From: Octopus bimaculoides
Taxonomy: Eukaryota
Length of the DNA stretch: 64,000 nucleotides
Assembly (NCBI RefSeq): GCF_001194135.2
Contig: NC_068981.1
Location: 197,033,757 to 197,097,756 of the forward strand
Direction of reading: 5' to 3'
Shown here: positions 42,679 through 51,069 of the stretch, piece by piece
Numbering within the stretch: position 1 is the first letter of the stretch
How the letters are laid out: each line of letters starts with the position of its first letter
The notes under the pieces: model-generated
Seen by the model: the letters and a program-made list of their open reading frames with translations, nothing else
What the model was told of the DNA's origin: nothing
Databases searched by the model: none
Program-made: the position numbers and the translations under genes

Positions 42679-45600
42679 GAGAGACAGAATCATCATCATC
42701 ATCATCATCATCATTTTAATATCTACTTTTCCATGCTTGAATGGGTCAGATGGAATTCATGGCAGCAGATCTTCTGCAGCCGGATGCCCTTCCTGTCACT
42801 AACCCTCACTTGTTTCCAAGTTAATATTTCTCTTTCACTGGACAGGCTGCAAAGGAATGACTCTGCTTTTATTTGCAGTGATATTTTCTTACATGCCATC
42901 ACATGATGTCAAAACCAAGGGACACACACACACATACACAAACATCATTGTCATCATCATCATCATCATTGTTTAACATCTGCTTTCCATACTGGCACGA
43001 GTTGGACGGTTTGACTGAGGACTGGCTAGCCAAGAGGCTGCATCAGGCTCCACTCTGATTTGGCAAGGTTTCTACAGCTGGATGCCCTTCCGAATGCCAA
43101 CCACTCTTTGGTTGTTTTTTACATGCCACCGGCACAAGAGTCAGTCGGGCAGTACTGACATTGACCATGCTCAAAAGGTGCTTTGTTTGTGCCACCAGCA
43201 TGGGAGCCAGTTGGGCAGCACTGGCAACCCACGCTCGAATGGTGCTTTTTACATACCACTGGCACAGGTGCCAGTCAGGTGGCACTGACAAAGGCCATGT
43301 TCGAAAGGTGTTTTTTATGTGTCACTGGCACAGGAGCCACTCAGGCAGCACTGGTAACTCATCAAAATCAATGATATACTAACTTCATAAGAAACACTCT
43401 GTGCAACTGCACGAACAGACCCCAGTAAAGCATATTTAGAATTAGAAAACCAGCCAGCCCCCATAACCACATAAGCACCAATCCTAGAGACACACAAAAA
43501 CAACATTATTCTCATACCCCCACCCATAGCCATAAAAATATAACTATTATATAATATTCTTTTCTACTCAAGACACAAGGCCTGAAATTTTGTGGGGAGG
43601 GAGCCAGTCGACTAGATCGACCCCACTAAGCAACTGGTACTTAATTTATTGACCCCAAAAGGATGAAAGCCAAAGCTGACCTTGGCAGAATTTGAACTCA
43701 GAACATAAAGACAGATGAAATACCACTAAGCATTTCACCCAGCGTGCTAACATTTCTTATTTCTTTACTGCCCACAAGGTGCTACACACAAAAGGACAAA
43801 CAAGGACAGACAAATGGATTAAACCGATTATATCGACCCCAGTGTGCAACTGGTACTTATTTAATCAACCCCGAAAGGATGAAAGGCAAAGTCGACCTCG
43901 GCAGAATTTGAACTCAGAATGTAACGACAGACGAAAGACCGCTAAGCATTTCGCCCGGCGTGCTAACGTTTCTGCCAGCTCGTCACTTTACTATTGTATA
44001 ATATTCACAAAAACAGAGCAAAAAATAACCTTAAAAATGGACAAATAAGGAAAGGAAAATAATTAAATAAAGCAGGTTTAATATATTCGTTAGTAAACAA
44101 TTTAATTGCATTCGACAAAGATTAAGGCAGCCTTATTAAATTTACCTCATTTGGACCTTTTTTGCAATTGAAAATATCTTAAACCTTTCCACTCTAGTAA
44201 TGTAAAAAAAGCAACCACAAATGATACACAAAAACATGCCACCGTATATGAAACTAATTCAACAGACATTATGTGCGTGCGTGTGTGCATGTGTGATTGG
44301 ACTGTTTATTTTCTGCATGTTTTCGCCCTGCATACTTCAGTGATGGTGATCTCCTGTTTACATCCCCCATAAACAATATAGCTTTATCCTCTTTTACTCT
44401 TTTACTTGTTTCAGTCATTTGACTGTGGCCATGCTGGAGTACCACCTTTTAGTCGAGCAAATCAACCCCAGGACTTATTCTTTGGAAGCCTAGTACTTAT
44501 TCTATCGATCTCTTTTGCCAAACTGCTAAGTTACGGGGACGTAAACACACCAGCATCGGTTGTCAAGCGATGTTGGAGGGACAAACACACACACACACAC
44601 ACACACACACATAGTAGAAGACACTTGCCCAAGGTGCCACACAGTGGGAGTGAATCCGGAACCATGTGGTTGGTAAGCAAGCTACTTACCACACAGCCAC
44701 TCCTGTGCCTATATCCCTTAGTGATTTTGATATGTGCTGGTACCATGACACCACCGAGTACATTGGCATCAGGAAGGGAATCTAGCCATAGAAACCATGT
44801 CAAAACAGACAATTGGAGTCCGGTGCAGACTTCTGCCTGGCCAGCTCCTATCAAACTGTCCAACCCATGCCAGCATGGAAAACAGACATTAACCCTTTCA
44901 ATACCAACCCAGCTGAAACCGGTTCTGTAGTACTTGTTTTCATATATTTTGAATTAAAATCATCCACCAAACTTTAGTCACAATTTATGTGCCTAACACT
45001 AGCTTAATGATAACGAAGTCATTTTACTAAATTCTTTGTTATATTTAAAATAATTGAAAGAAACACAGAACATCTCAAAATAAATAGAGTAACGAAAGGG
45101 TTAAATGATGATGATGATGAAGACCAGTAAAATAATAAATACATTACTTGAGAAACAAATACCGGTTGGCAGCAGGGAGATCTTCTGCTTGTTGACTGCA
45201 AGTTTTGTCTAACCCATGCCAGCATGGGAAAATGGACATAAAAGACCACAACAACAACGATAGTGGTAGCAGTGACAGCAGCAAGTGTTGTTTGCTGTTG
45301 TGTGGTGGTCTGGATTTGTTGTGTGGTCATACGTGAGTGGTGGTGTCTGGGTTGTAGTGTGGTGTTGTAATAGTGTAAATTAACGTATTTTAACGTGTAT
45401 AACAGAACCCTTTTCCATCAAAAATTAAGTTTAAAAAACATGTGAGTTTCTTATACATGGATAGTATTATAATCCCTTACAAAACCTTTTTTTTTCCAAA
45501 TTTTAAGCCCCCAAAATTAGGGGGTTCCTTCTACACGAGGGTTCCTTATGCACGAGGGTTCCTTATGCACGTTAAAATACAGTGTGATTCATTTTTATTT

Positions 45601-45789
45601 CCCATACATGGAAAGTTACTTTATTATTTCTCCAGAGTTTAACACTGACCACTGTCCATTGTCATTTTTTCCAGCAACCAACCCTCTCAGACATGACCAT
45701 GTACGAGATGAACTTTTCCCTACTGGTGGAGAAGATGTTGAGTGAAATTGTCGATCCAGCCTATCGTCAGATTGTGGTGGAGGTAAGCA

Positions 45790-45821
<32 letters not shown>

Positions 45822-47480
45822 CACCTTTGGTTTTTTCCCCTTCCTGTAAGGGCAGGGCTTTGAATATTGGTTTCAAGTCTCGCCACAAAGCCAGCAAGTT
45901 CAGGGGGTCAGGGTTAGCAGATTACATCGACCCCAGTACTTAACTGGTACTTATTTTATTGACTCCTAAGGGATGAAAAGCAAAGTCCACCTTAGCTGAA
46001 TTTGAACTCAGAACCTAAGGATGGATGAAATGGTACTAAGCATTCTGCCCAGCATGCTAATGACTCTGCCAGCTTTATTGAAGTTGAAGAAAAGGTTTCT
46101 TGTCCAGCGGCGGCAAAGTGGCTGAGCTCCTTTCAATGCAATAACCAAGAACCTTAGCATTATGTTGTGCTTGAGAAGATTGATCAAGCCAAGTGAAATC
46201 ATAGTTGTGGCTGTGTTTCCTGTGTTGGTCCTCACAGAGCCAAAGTGGTTGAGCTCCTTTTGAGTGTTGGGTCTCATAGAGGCAATGACCAAGACCTTTG
46301 GCATTGTGTCATGCTTGAGAAGAGGAAGCCCATCAAACCAAGTAAAATCATAGTTGTGGCTGATGCTGGTGTCATGTAACTGGCACCTCCTGTGCTGGTG
46401 GCACATAAAAAGCACCTTTCATGTGTTGGGCTTCACAGAAGCAAAGTGCCTGAGTTCTTTTCAATGCAATGACCAAGACCTTTGGCATTATGTCATGCTT
46501 GAGAAGAAGATCCACCAAACCAAGTGAAATTGCCGTCGTGGCAGATACCATTGTCACGCAAAGGCACCCATGCCAGTGGCTTGTAAAAGCACCCATTACA
46601 CTCTCGGAGTGGTTGGTGCTAGGAAGGGCATCCAGCCGTAGAAAACCATGCCAAATCAGACTGGGGTCTGGTGCAGCTTTCCAGGTTACCAGCCCTGGTC
46701 AAACCATCCAACCCATGCCAGCATGGAAAACAGACGTTAAATGATGACGATGATGACAGCTTCACAATGTTTGAGGTGTCAGAGGATAGAGAAAGACTAT
46801 GCATCATTTAGCGGGCATTTTAGAGGGACTATATATCGTAGAATATATGTGGAGGGACTATATATGATAGTACATATCATAGTATAGGAGCTATATAGCA
46901 TTTGGGGAAATGGGGAGAGAGAGAGAGAGAGAGAGGGATTGTATATGGAGGAGAGGTACTATGTAACATCTGCTAATGATGAAGTTTAACTCTTTGATAC
47001 CAGTCATCCACAACGTCCCACACAAAGAAAGAACTAAGATATAATGTTTGAAGTACGAGTGGTCCTTAATCCACCCATCTCCAGCCCAGCATGGCTTTCA
47101 GTTCCATCTTGACTGATTGATTGAACCATTCACTGGGCTTTGTGGATGATCAGTAACAGAGGGTGGTCATGTGTATGGACTCTACTGTTGACTGGTCTTG
47201 TGAGTGGTCAGTAGTTATGATGTGGTCATAGACTGTAAATGGATTGATCATGTGGTACAGTAAATTAGAGTGATAATATCGTTGGTCGTAATTTATCATC
47301 ACTGACCACTGGACTCTTTATCCATAACTTGTTTCTTCGTATGTCTTGTCTTATCTTTTTTATTTATTTATTTTTTGTTGTTTTTCAGTCTTTCATGGTT
47401 GTGGCCACAATCCTTGACCGTAATCCAGAGTTGTGTTTCCCACAGGCTGTCAACATGGACAAGGTAATTGAAATCATCAT

Positions 47481-47512
<32 letters not shown>

Positions 47513-48823
47513 TTTAACATCCATCTTCCATGCTGGTATGGGTTGGACACTTTGAAAGGCTCCAACTATTGTTGGTTTCGAATACATGCTTTGACATGGT
47601 TTCTACGGCTGGATGCCCTTCCTAATGTCAACCACTTCACAAAGTCTGTACTGGGTGCCTTTTAATATTCGTTTTCCATGCTGGCATGGGTTGGACGGTT
47701 TGACTGAGGACTGGCAAGCCAGGAGGCTGCACCAGGTTCCAATCTGATCTGGCAAAATTTCTACAGCTGGATGCCCTTCCTAGTGCCAACCATTCCGAGA
47801 GTGTAGTGGGTGCTTTTTACGTCCCAAAGGCACAAGAGCCAGTCAGGCAAGCCTGGCATCAATCACATTCGGATAGTGCCTTTTACATGCCACCGGCACA
47901 GGAGCCAGTCAGTGGGTACTGGCATCGGCCATGGACAAAAGCCAGTCAGTGGGTGCTGGCATTGGCCACATTCGGATGGTGCTTTTATGTGCCACCATTC
48001 TGGTAAATATTTGAATTTTGAGAGAACAACAATTATTGAGGACAAATTACTTCAGTTATTATTCTCACCATATTGTTTCTTCGAATAATTAATTATATGG
48101 AAAGGTCCTGAGTTCAATCATGGGCACCCATTCATATCAGAATATACGTATTAAGTCTTTTGGTGCAAGCTGTGTGCACATAGTTTTCAGGTTCAGTCCC
48201 ACAGCATGGCACTTTGGGCAAGAGCCTTCTAGTGTAGCCTTGGGCCAACCAAAGGTTTGTCAGTGGATGTGGTAGATGGAAACTGGAAAGAAGCCCATTA
48301 CGTGTGTGTGTGTGTGTGTGTGTGTCTTCTTGTCTTGACACCACATTGGAAACACTAGCGTATGTAGGGAGTGCAGGGGGGACAGTCTGCCCCAAGCAGC
48401 ACTTTTAAAGGGGTGGCACTTTTCATCCTGTTGTAGGCAATATGTGCTTTTTGCTAGGGTCCATGGGGGGAGGGGCAAACAGAAGGGCCGCCCCGGGCAG
48501 CACACACTCTAGCTACACTAGTGACTAGAAATGAGTGCCACCATCATACAAGTGACGTAAATCATTTTTTTGTTAATTTATTTTGTTTTTTGTTTTGTTT
48601 TTTTTCTTCCTCACAGATTTTGGAGAATGCATTCTCTCAGTTCCAGCAAGATCTGTCCCGAGATGGTCAAGTGGAGAAAGAGAAAATCACTCTACACATG
48701 TTTGTCAGTACCCAATCAAACGTGAAGCAGGGTACCATCAGCTACATAACCAAATCTGTGGTGAAGCAGGTATTGGAAGGTGACCTGAAGACCACACCTA
48801 ACGAAATGTGTCTACTCTCATAA
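6418..48823 (+). CDS. PHKB: PHKB phosphorylase b kinase regulatory subunit beta, whole gene span (22 exons traced, 1-2 exons not found)
   Basis: Spliced exons translate in collinear order to PHKB motifs recalled from human: [64 protein letters not shown] and the C-terminal CaaX. Splice phases agree throughout except across exon 19 -> 20. Confidence 0.95.
7723..7895. mobile_element. MITE with ~25-bp TIRs (TACTGTATTTTAA.GTGTATAAGG)
   Basis: Terminal inverted repeats. A second copy in opposite orientation lies at ~45381-45584. Confidence 0.75.
7970..8395. mobile_element. Inverted pair of tRNA-headed, hammerhead-bearing SINE copies (locus 1)
   Basis: A minus-strand 5'-truncated copy (7970-~8135) is followed by a plus copy starting GGGCATATGGTGTGGTGGTTAAG...GAGTTCGATTCC at 8170. 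Confidence 0.8.
8300..8345 (+). ncRNA. Minimal type I hammerhead ribozyme motif (G12A variant)
   Basis: GACAC-CTGAAGA-A-GGCTG-loop-CAGCC-AAAAC-GTT-GTGTT. Stems I and II pair; the core has G12->A. Confidence 0.65.
11145..11545. mobile_element. Abundant composite SINE-like repeat (tRNA-like head on the minus strand)
   Basis: Head TGGCTGCGTGGTAAGTAGCTTG...GGTTCATTCCC...CCTTGGGCAAGTGTCTTC joined to a CCGCTAAGTTACGGGGACGTAAACACACC module. Further copies at ~9830-10020, 18580-18965, 25225-25720, 44395-44710, 61500-61700. Confidence 0.75.
12871..13597 (-). mobile_element. R4/Dong-like non-LTR retrotransposon fragment with an internal tandem duplication
   Basis: [41 protein letters not shown] occurs twice in near-identical form (12871-13131 and 13325-13597). 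Confidence 0.7.
13598..14255 (+). mobile_element. RTE-clade LINE 3' end with an inverted 5' segment
   Basis: Minus strand: [18 protein letters not shown] (13598-13771). Plus strand: [18 protein letters not shown]...RRWNWLG...RRGRPKETW, with tail GGCACAATGAGAACCGAATGAATG. The same tail recurs at ~40880-40955. Confidence 0.75.
15074..15224 (+). CDS. PHKB: PHKB exon 2
   Basis: (L)[16 protein letters not shown]...[19 protein letters not shown]. Sites TAG| and |GTACGT; phase 1->2. Confidence 0.93.
15420..15835. repeat. Polypyrimidine (CTT/CCT)n low-complexity tract
   Basis: About 400 bp of almost pure C/T on the plus strand. A similar tract lies at 41985-42290. Confidence 0.9.
16639..16747 (+). 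CDS. PHKB: PHKB exon 3
   Basis: (R)[36 protein letters not shown]. Sites CAG| and |GTAAGA; phase 2->0. Not in the ORF track; about 3 aa longer at the end than human. Confidence 0.9.
18190..18203. promoter_or_regulatory. RFX X-box-like motif GTTACCATAGCAAC
   Basis: Fits the GTTNCCATRGNAAC consensus, in a non-repetitive part of PHKB intron 3. Confidence 0.4.
19051..19158 (+). CDS. PHKB: PHKB exon 4
   Basis: [36 protein letters not shown]. Sites CAG| and |GTCAGT; phase 0->0. Confidence 0.93.
20202..20261 (+). CDS. PHKB: PHKB exon 5
   Basis: [20 protein letters not shown]. Sites CAG| and |GTAAGA; phase 0->0. Confidence 0.92.
21149..21285 (+). CDS. PHKB: PHKB exon 6
   Basis: [45 protein letters not shown]. 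Phase 0->2; donor |GTAAGT. Confidence 0.95.
22416..22645. mobile_element. piggyBac-like MITE (TTAA...TTAA, CCCTTT TIRs)
   Basis: Termini TTAACCCTTTCATTACC / GTAACAAAAGGATTAA. Other copies at 36453-36691 (inverted) and 44889-45104. Confidence 0.8.
22711..22870 (+). CDS. PHKB: PHKB exon 7
   Basis: (S)[53 protein letters not shown]. Phase 2->0. Confidence 0.95.
24825..25022 (+). CDS. PHKB: PHKB exon 8
   Basis: [19 protein letters not shown]...[29 protein letters not shown]. Phase 0->0. Confidence 0.95.
26757..26814 (+). CDS. PHKB: PHKB exon 9
   Basis: [19 protein letters not shown]. Phase 0->1; donor |GTAAGT. Confidence 0.93.
27714..27791 (+). CDS. PHKB: PHKB exon 10
   Basis: (Y)[25 protein letters not shown]. 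Phase 1->1; donor |GTGAGT. Confidence 0.9.
29059..29212. mobile_element. Small MITE-like element with 23-bp perfect TIRs
   Basis: TATAATTTGAGTGGAGGCAATAC (29059-29081) and its reverse complement (29190-29212), next to a (TA)n tract. Confidence 0.7.
29230..30480 (-). mobile_element. Penelope-like element 3' part with Cys-rich linker and GIY-YIG endonuclease
   Basis: CGRSNCRTC...[19 protein letters not shown] (ORF 29901-30434), continuing after a frameshift as [14 protein letters not shown]...[11 protein letters not shown] to ~29705, followed by an AT-rich tail. Confidence 0.85.
31294..31449 (+). CDS. PHKB: PHKB exon 11
   Basis: (G)[29 protein letters not shown]...[15 protein letters not shown]. 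Phase 1->1. Confidence 0.94.
32162..32259 (+). CDS. PHKB: PHKB exon 12
   Basis: (R)[32 protein letters not shown]. Phase 1->0. Confidence 0.92.
32330..32630. repeat. ~24-bp minisatellite (TTAACTGTTGTGTTTATGCATCTG-like)
   Basis: About a dozen diverged tandem units in the intron after PHKB exon 12. Confidence 0.85.
32772..33002 (+). CDS. PHKB: PHKB exon 13
   Basis: [44 protein letters not shown]...[15 protein letters not shown]. Phase 0->0. Confidence 0.95.
34617..34721 (+). CDS. PHKB: PHKB exon 14
   Basis: [35 protein letters not shown]. Phase 0->0. Confidence 0.94.
35355..35437 (+). CDS. PHKB: PHKB exon 15
   Basis: [27 protein letters not shown]. Phase 0->2. Confidence 0.92.
35555..35645 (+). 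CDS. PHKB: PHKB exon 16
   Basis: (Q)[30 protein letters not shown]. Phase 2->0; preceded by a 117-nt intron. Confidence 0.92.
36840..37143 (+). mobile_element. Abundant retroposed repeat with (TGA)n tail, young copy
   Basis: Ends GGCATCCAGCTGTAGAAAC...CCAACCCATGCTAGCATGGAAAGCGGACGTTAAACG(ATG)n. Near-identical reverse copy at 49706-50017; many older copies across the window. Confidence 0.8.
37292..37456 (+). CDS. PHKB: PHKB exon 17
   Basis: [55 protein letters not shown]. Phase 0->0. Confidence 0.92.
37725..38295. mobile_element. Head-to-head pair of tRNA-headed, hammerhead-bearing SINE copies (locus 2)
   Basis: Minus copy 37725-38010, partial head duplicate 38011-38040, plus copy from 38044 (TGGCATAGTGG A-box, GAGTTCGATTCC B-box). 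Degenerate hammerheads at 37815-37860 (-) and 38182-38228 (+). Confidence 0.8.
39881..40156 (+). CDS. PHKB: PHKB exon 18
   Basis: [14 protein letters not shown]...[32 protein letters not shown]. Phase 0->0. Confidence 0.94.
41159..41692 (+). mobile_element. Internally deleted Tc1/mariner-type DNA transposon
   Basis: TIRs CAGGGTGTCCATAAAGTTA / TAACTTTATGGACACCCT, plus a residual transposase C-terminus [15 protein letters not shown]. Confidence 0.75.
41766..41968 (+). CDS. PHKB: PHKB exon 19
   Basis: [26 protein letters not shown]...[28 protein letters not shown](G). Phase 0->2. Confidence 0.94.
42291..42617. other. Assembly gap (likely hides PHKB exon(s))
   Basis: N run. Other gaps: ~617-627, 25465-25577, 38675-39350, 49380-49673, 55136-55238, 62776-63420. 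Confidence 0.9.
43357..43553 (-). pseudogene. ND1: NUMT: fragment of mitochondrial NADH dehydrogenase subunit 1
   Basis: [47 protein letters not shown] matches the ND1 motif ([25 protein letters not shown]). AGG/ATA read as Ser/Met in the invertebrate mitochondrial code fit better. Confidence 0.9.
45675..45782 (+). CDS. PHKB: PHKB exon (20th visible)
   Basis: [36 protein letters not shown], near-identical to human. Phase 0->0. Confidence 0.95.
47389..47463 (+). CDS. PHKB: PHKB exon (21st visible)
   Basis: [25 protein letters not shown]. Phase 0->0. Confidence 0.92.
48354..48522. mobile_element. GC-rich MITE with imperfect TIRs (hAT-like)
   Basis: CTAGCGTATGTAGGGAGTGC... versus ...GCAGCACACACTCTAGCTACACTAG. 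Confidence 0.5.
48617..48823 (+). CDS. PHKB: PHKB terminal coding exon
   Basis: [12 protein letters not shown]...[31 protein letters not shown], ending in a CaaX prenylation motif (human CLIS). Confidence 0.94.
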   Translation: MLENAFSQFQQDLSRDGQVEKEKITLHMFVSTQSNVKQGTISYITKSVVKQVLEGDLKTTPNEMCLLS

Positions 48824-49053
48824 CACATTTCACCACCACCACCACCTTCGTCTCTCACTCGCTTTCTCTCCTGTCTTCAACCCATGGCTCAGGTGGTGGT
48901 GTTGCCCTGATTACAGATGGAATCAGTGGAGAGACACACACACACACACACACACAATATTATACCCACACAAGTATATTTAATCAAAAACATACATGTG
49001 AATGAAGACAATCATACATTTATATACATGTGTAATTAGATGGGTATTAATAC

Positions 49054-49088
<35 letters not shown>

Positions 49089-49673
49089 CAGAAAAAGACA
49101 GTCACATGCCAAATCAGATACACACAAATAGATAAAGGAAGATCTAGGCACAGCCACCTACATTGATAGTGGTACTTTCACACACACACACACACACACA
49201 CATTATGTAACACAGACAAAATTCAAAGAAATCTCTTTCAATATCCAAGAAATAAGTGATATTTTTTGACAACAACAACTCTAACCATTGTTCAAACTGT
49301 TGCCCTTTGACCTCCAGCTCTTATCTAATGGTATTGTTTCTGTATCAGACATCTGCATGGTTTGTGATAACACAGCATANNNNNNNNNNNNNNNNNNNNN
49401 NNNNNNNNNNNNNNNNNNNNNNNNNNNNNNNNNNNNNNNNNNNNNNNNNNNNNNNNNNNNNNNNNNNNNNNNNNNNNNNNNNNNNNNNNNNNNNNNNNNN
49501 NNNNNNNNNNNNNNNNNNNNNNNNNNNNNNNNNNNNNNNNNNNNNNNNNNNNNNNNNNNNNNNNNNNNNNNNNNNNNNNNNNNNNNNNNNNNNNNNNNNN
49601 NNNNNNNNNNNNNNNNNNNNNNNNNNNNNNNNNNNNNNNNNNNNNNNNNNNNNNNNNNNNNNNNNNNNNNNNN

Positions 49674-49704
<31 letters not shown>

Positions 49705-50583
49705 TCATCATCATCATCATCATCGTTTAACGTCCGCTTTCCATGCTAGCATGGGTTGGACGATTTGACTGAGGACTGGTGAAACCAGATGGCTACACCA
49801 GGCTCCAGTCTGATTTGGCAGAGTTTCTACAGCTGGATGCCCTTCCTAACGCCAACCACTCAGAGAGTGTAGTGGGTGCTTTTACGTGTCACCCGCACGA
49901 AAACGGCCACGGTCGAAATGGTGTCTTTTATGTGCCACCCGCACAAGCCAGTCCAGGGGCACTGGCAACGATCTCGCTCGAAAATCCTACGGGAGCCAGT
50001 CAGGCGGTACTGGCAACGATATATATATATATTATGGTTTATAGTCATTCAAAAGGAAGTAAGAAAATCGAGATATATAACATTTAATAAAACTTTATTA
50101 TCTGCAAAAATCAAACGTGGTCCCTTACAGCTGTTTCGATTAGGCCTAATAGATTAAATAGTAATTAATAAAAGAGATTTTGCCTAATGTAATGATTTTA
50201 TTAATTACTATTTAATCTATTAGGCCTAATTTAAACAGCTGTAAGGGACCACATTTGGTTTCTGGAGATAATAAATTTTTATTAAATGTTATATATCTTG
50301 ATTTTCTTACTTTCTTTTGAATGACTATAAACCATGTCTTATATATAAACCTATTGTTTTATGATTAATATTATTATTCACAACAAATATCAGGTATTAA
50401 ACCAGTAGTTCATTGGATGATACCATCCCTTAATGAGGCTAATTTAACTTCTAATTGAATTTATATATATATATATAAATCAAAAAAAAAAAAACGCAGA
50501 ACAAACACAAAAACAAAAATAGCAACGTAAGGACGTGGTACATGCAAAGTATTAGCAGACCCTCAAGGAAGGAAAGAAAGGTC

Positions 50584-50618
50584 GTTTTACATTTCGAGCA
50601 AAGCTCTTCTTCAGAAAC
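50584..50618 (-). ncRNA. Minimal type I hammerhead ribozyme motif
   Basis: GTTT-CTGAAGA-A-GAGC-TTT-GCTC-GAAAT-GTA-AAAC. Stems I and II pair perfectly; only C15.2->T deviates. Confidence 0.7.
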
Positions 50619-50988
50619 AGGAGACAGAGGAAAGTCCAAGAGAAAAGGAAAACAGAGGAAAAAAATCACCAATGATTCTCATGTGGTTACATTTTGAAAA
50701 TGTATATAATAAACATCAGATATGCTTTGCTCCGTGCAGAAACTGCAGGATCTTCTGAGAGGCTTTGCCAGCTCTTCTAAACCTATTGCCATGCTATATA
50801 CTTTGCTGTTTCACTCCTATATAGTGATGCTAATAACTGATGTTCGAACTCATTATGTCTCTGCTTCAGAACAAGGCGTGATCCGAGTAAAGGCCTGTAA
50901 TAAGAAATTAAAATAACAAAGGGAAAGAATCTATGTCATGAAGTCTATTGGCTTACAACTAATTTTGACAATTACACTTTATTTTCAA

Positions 50989-51069
50989 AGATCTGATGAA
51001 GCTGTAGTGTGACACATAAGCATTCAAGTGTGAGTGCATTACGTCCTAAAGCAGAAACAGCTGTCAGCT
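50989..51069 (+). ncRNA. Hammerhead-like motif with an extended stem II
   Basis: AGAT-CTGATGA-AGC...GCA-GAAAC-AGCT-GTC-AGCT. Internal TGTAGTG/CATTACG and CACAT/GTGTG pairing. Confidence 0.5.

Noticed and set aside
42841-42905. Candidate for the missing PHKB exon after the gap
   Set aside because: The translation ([14 protein letters not shown]) does not match WIIHAM… and ends in a stop without a donor.
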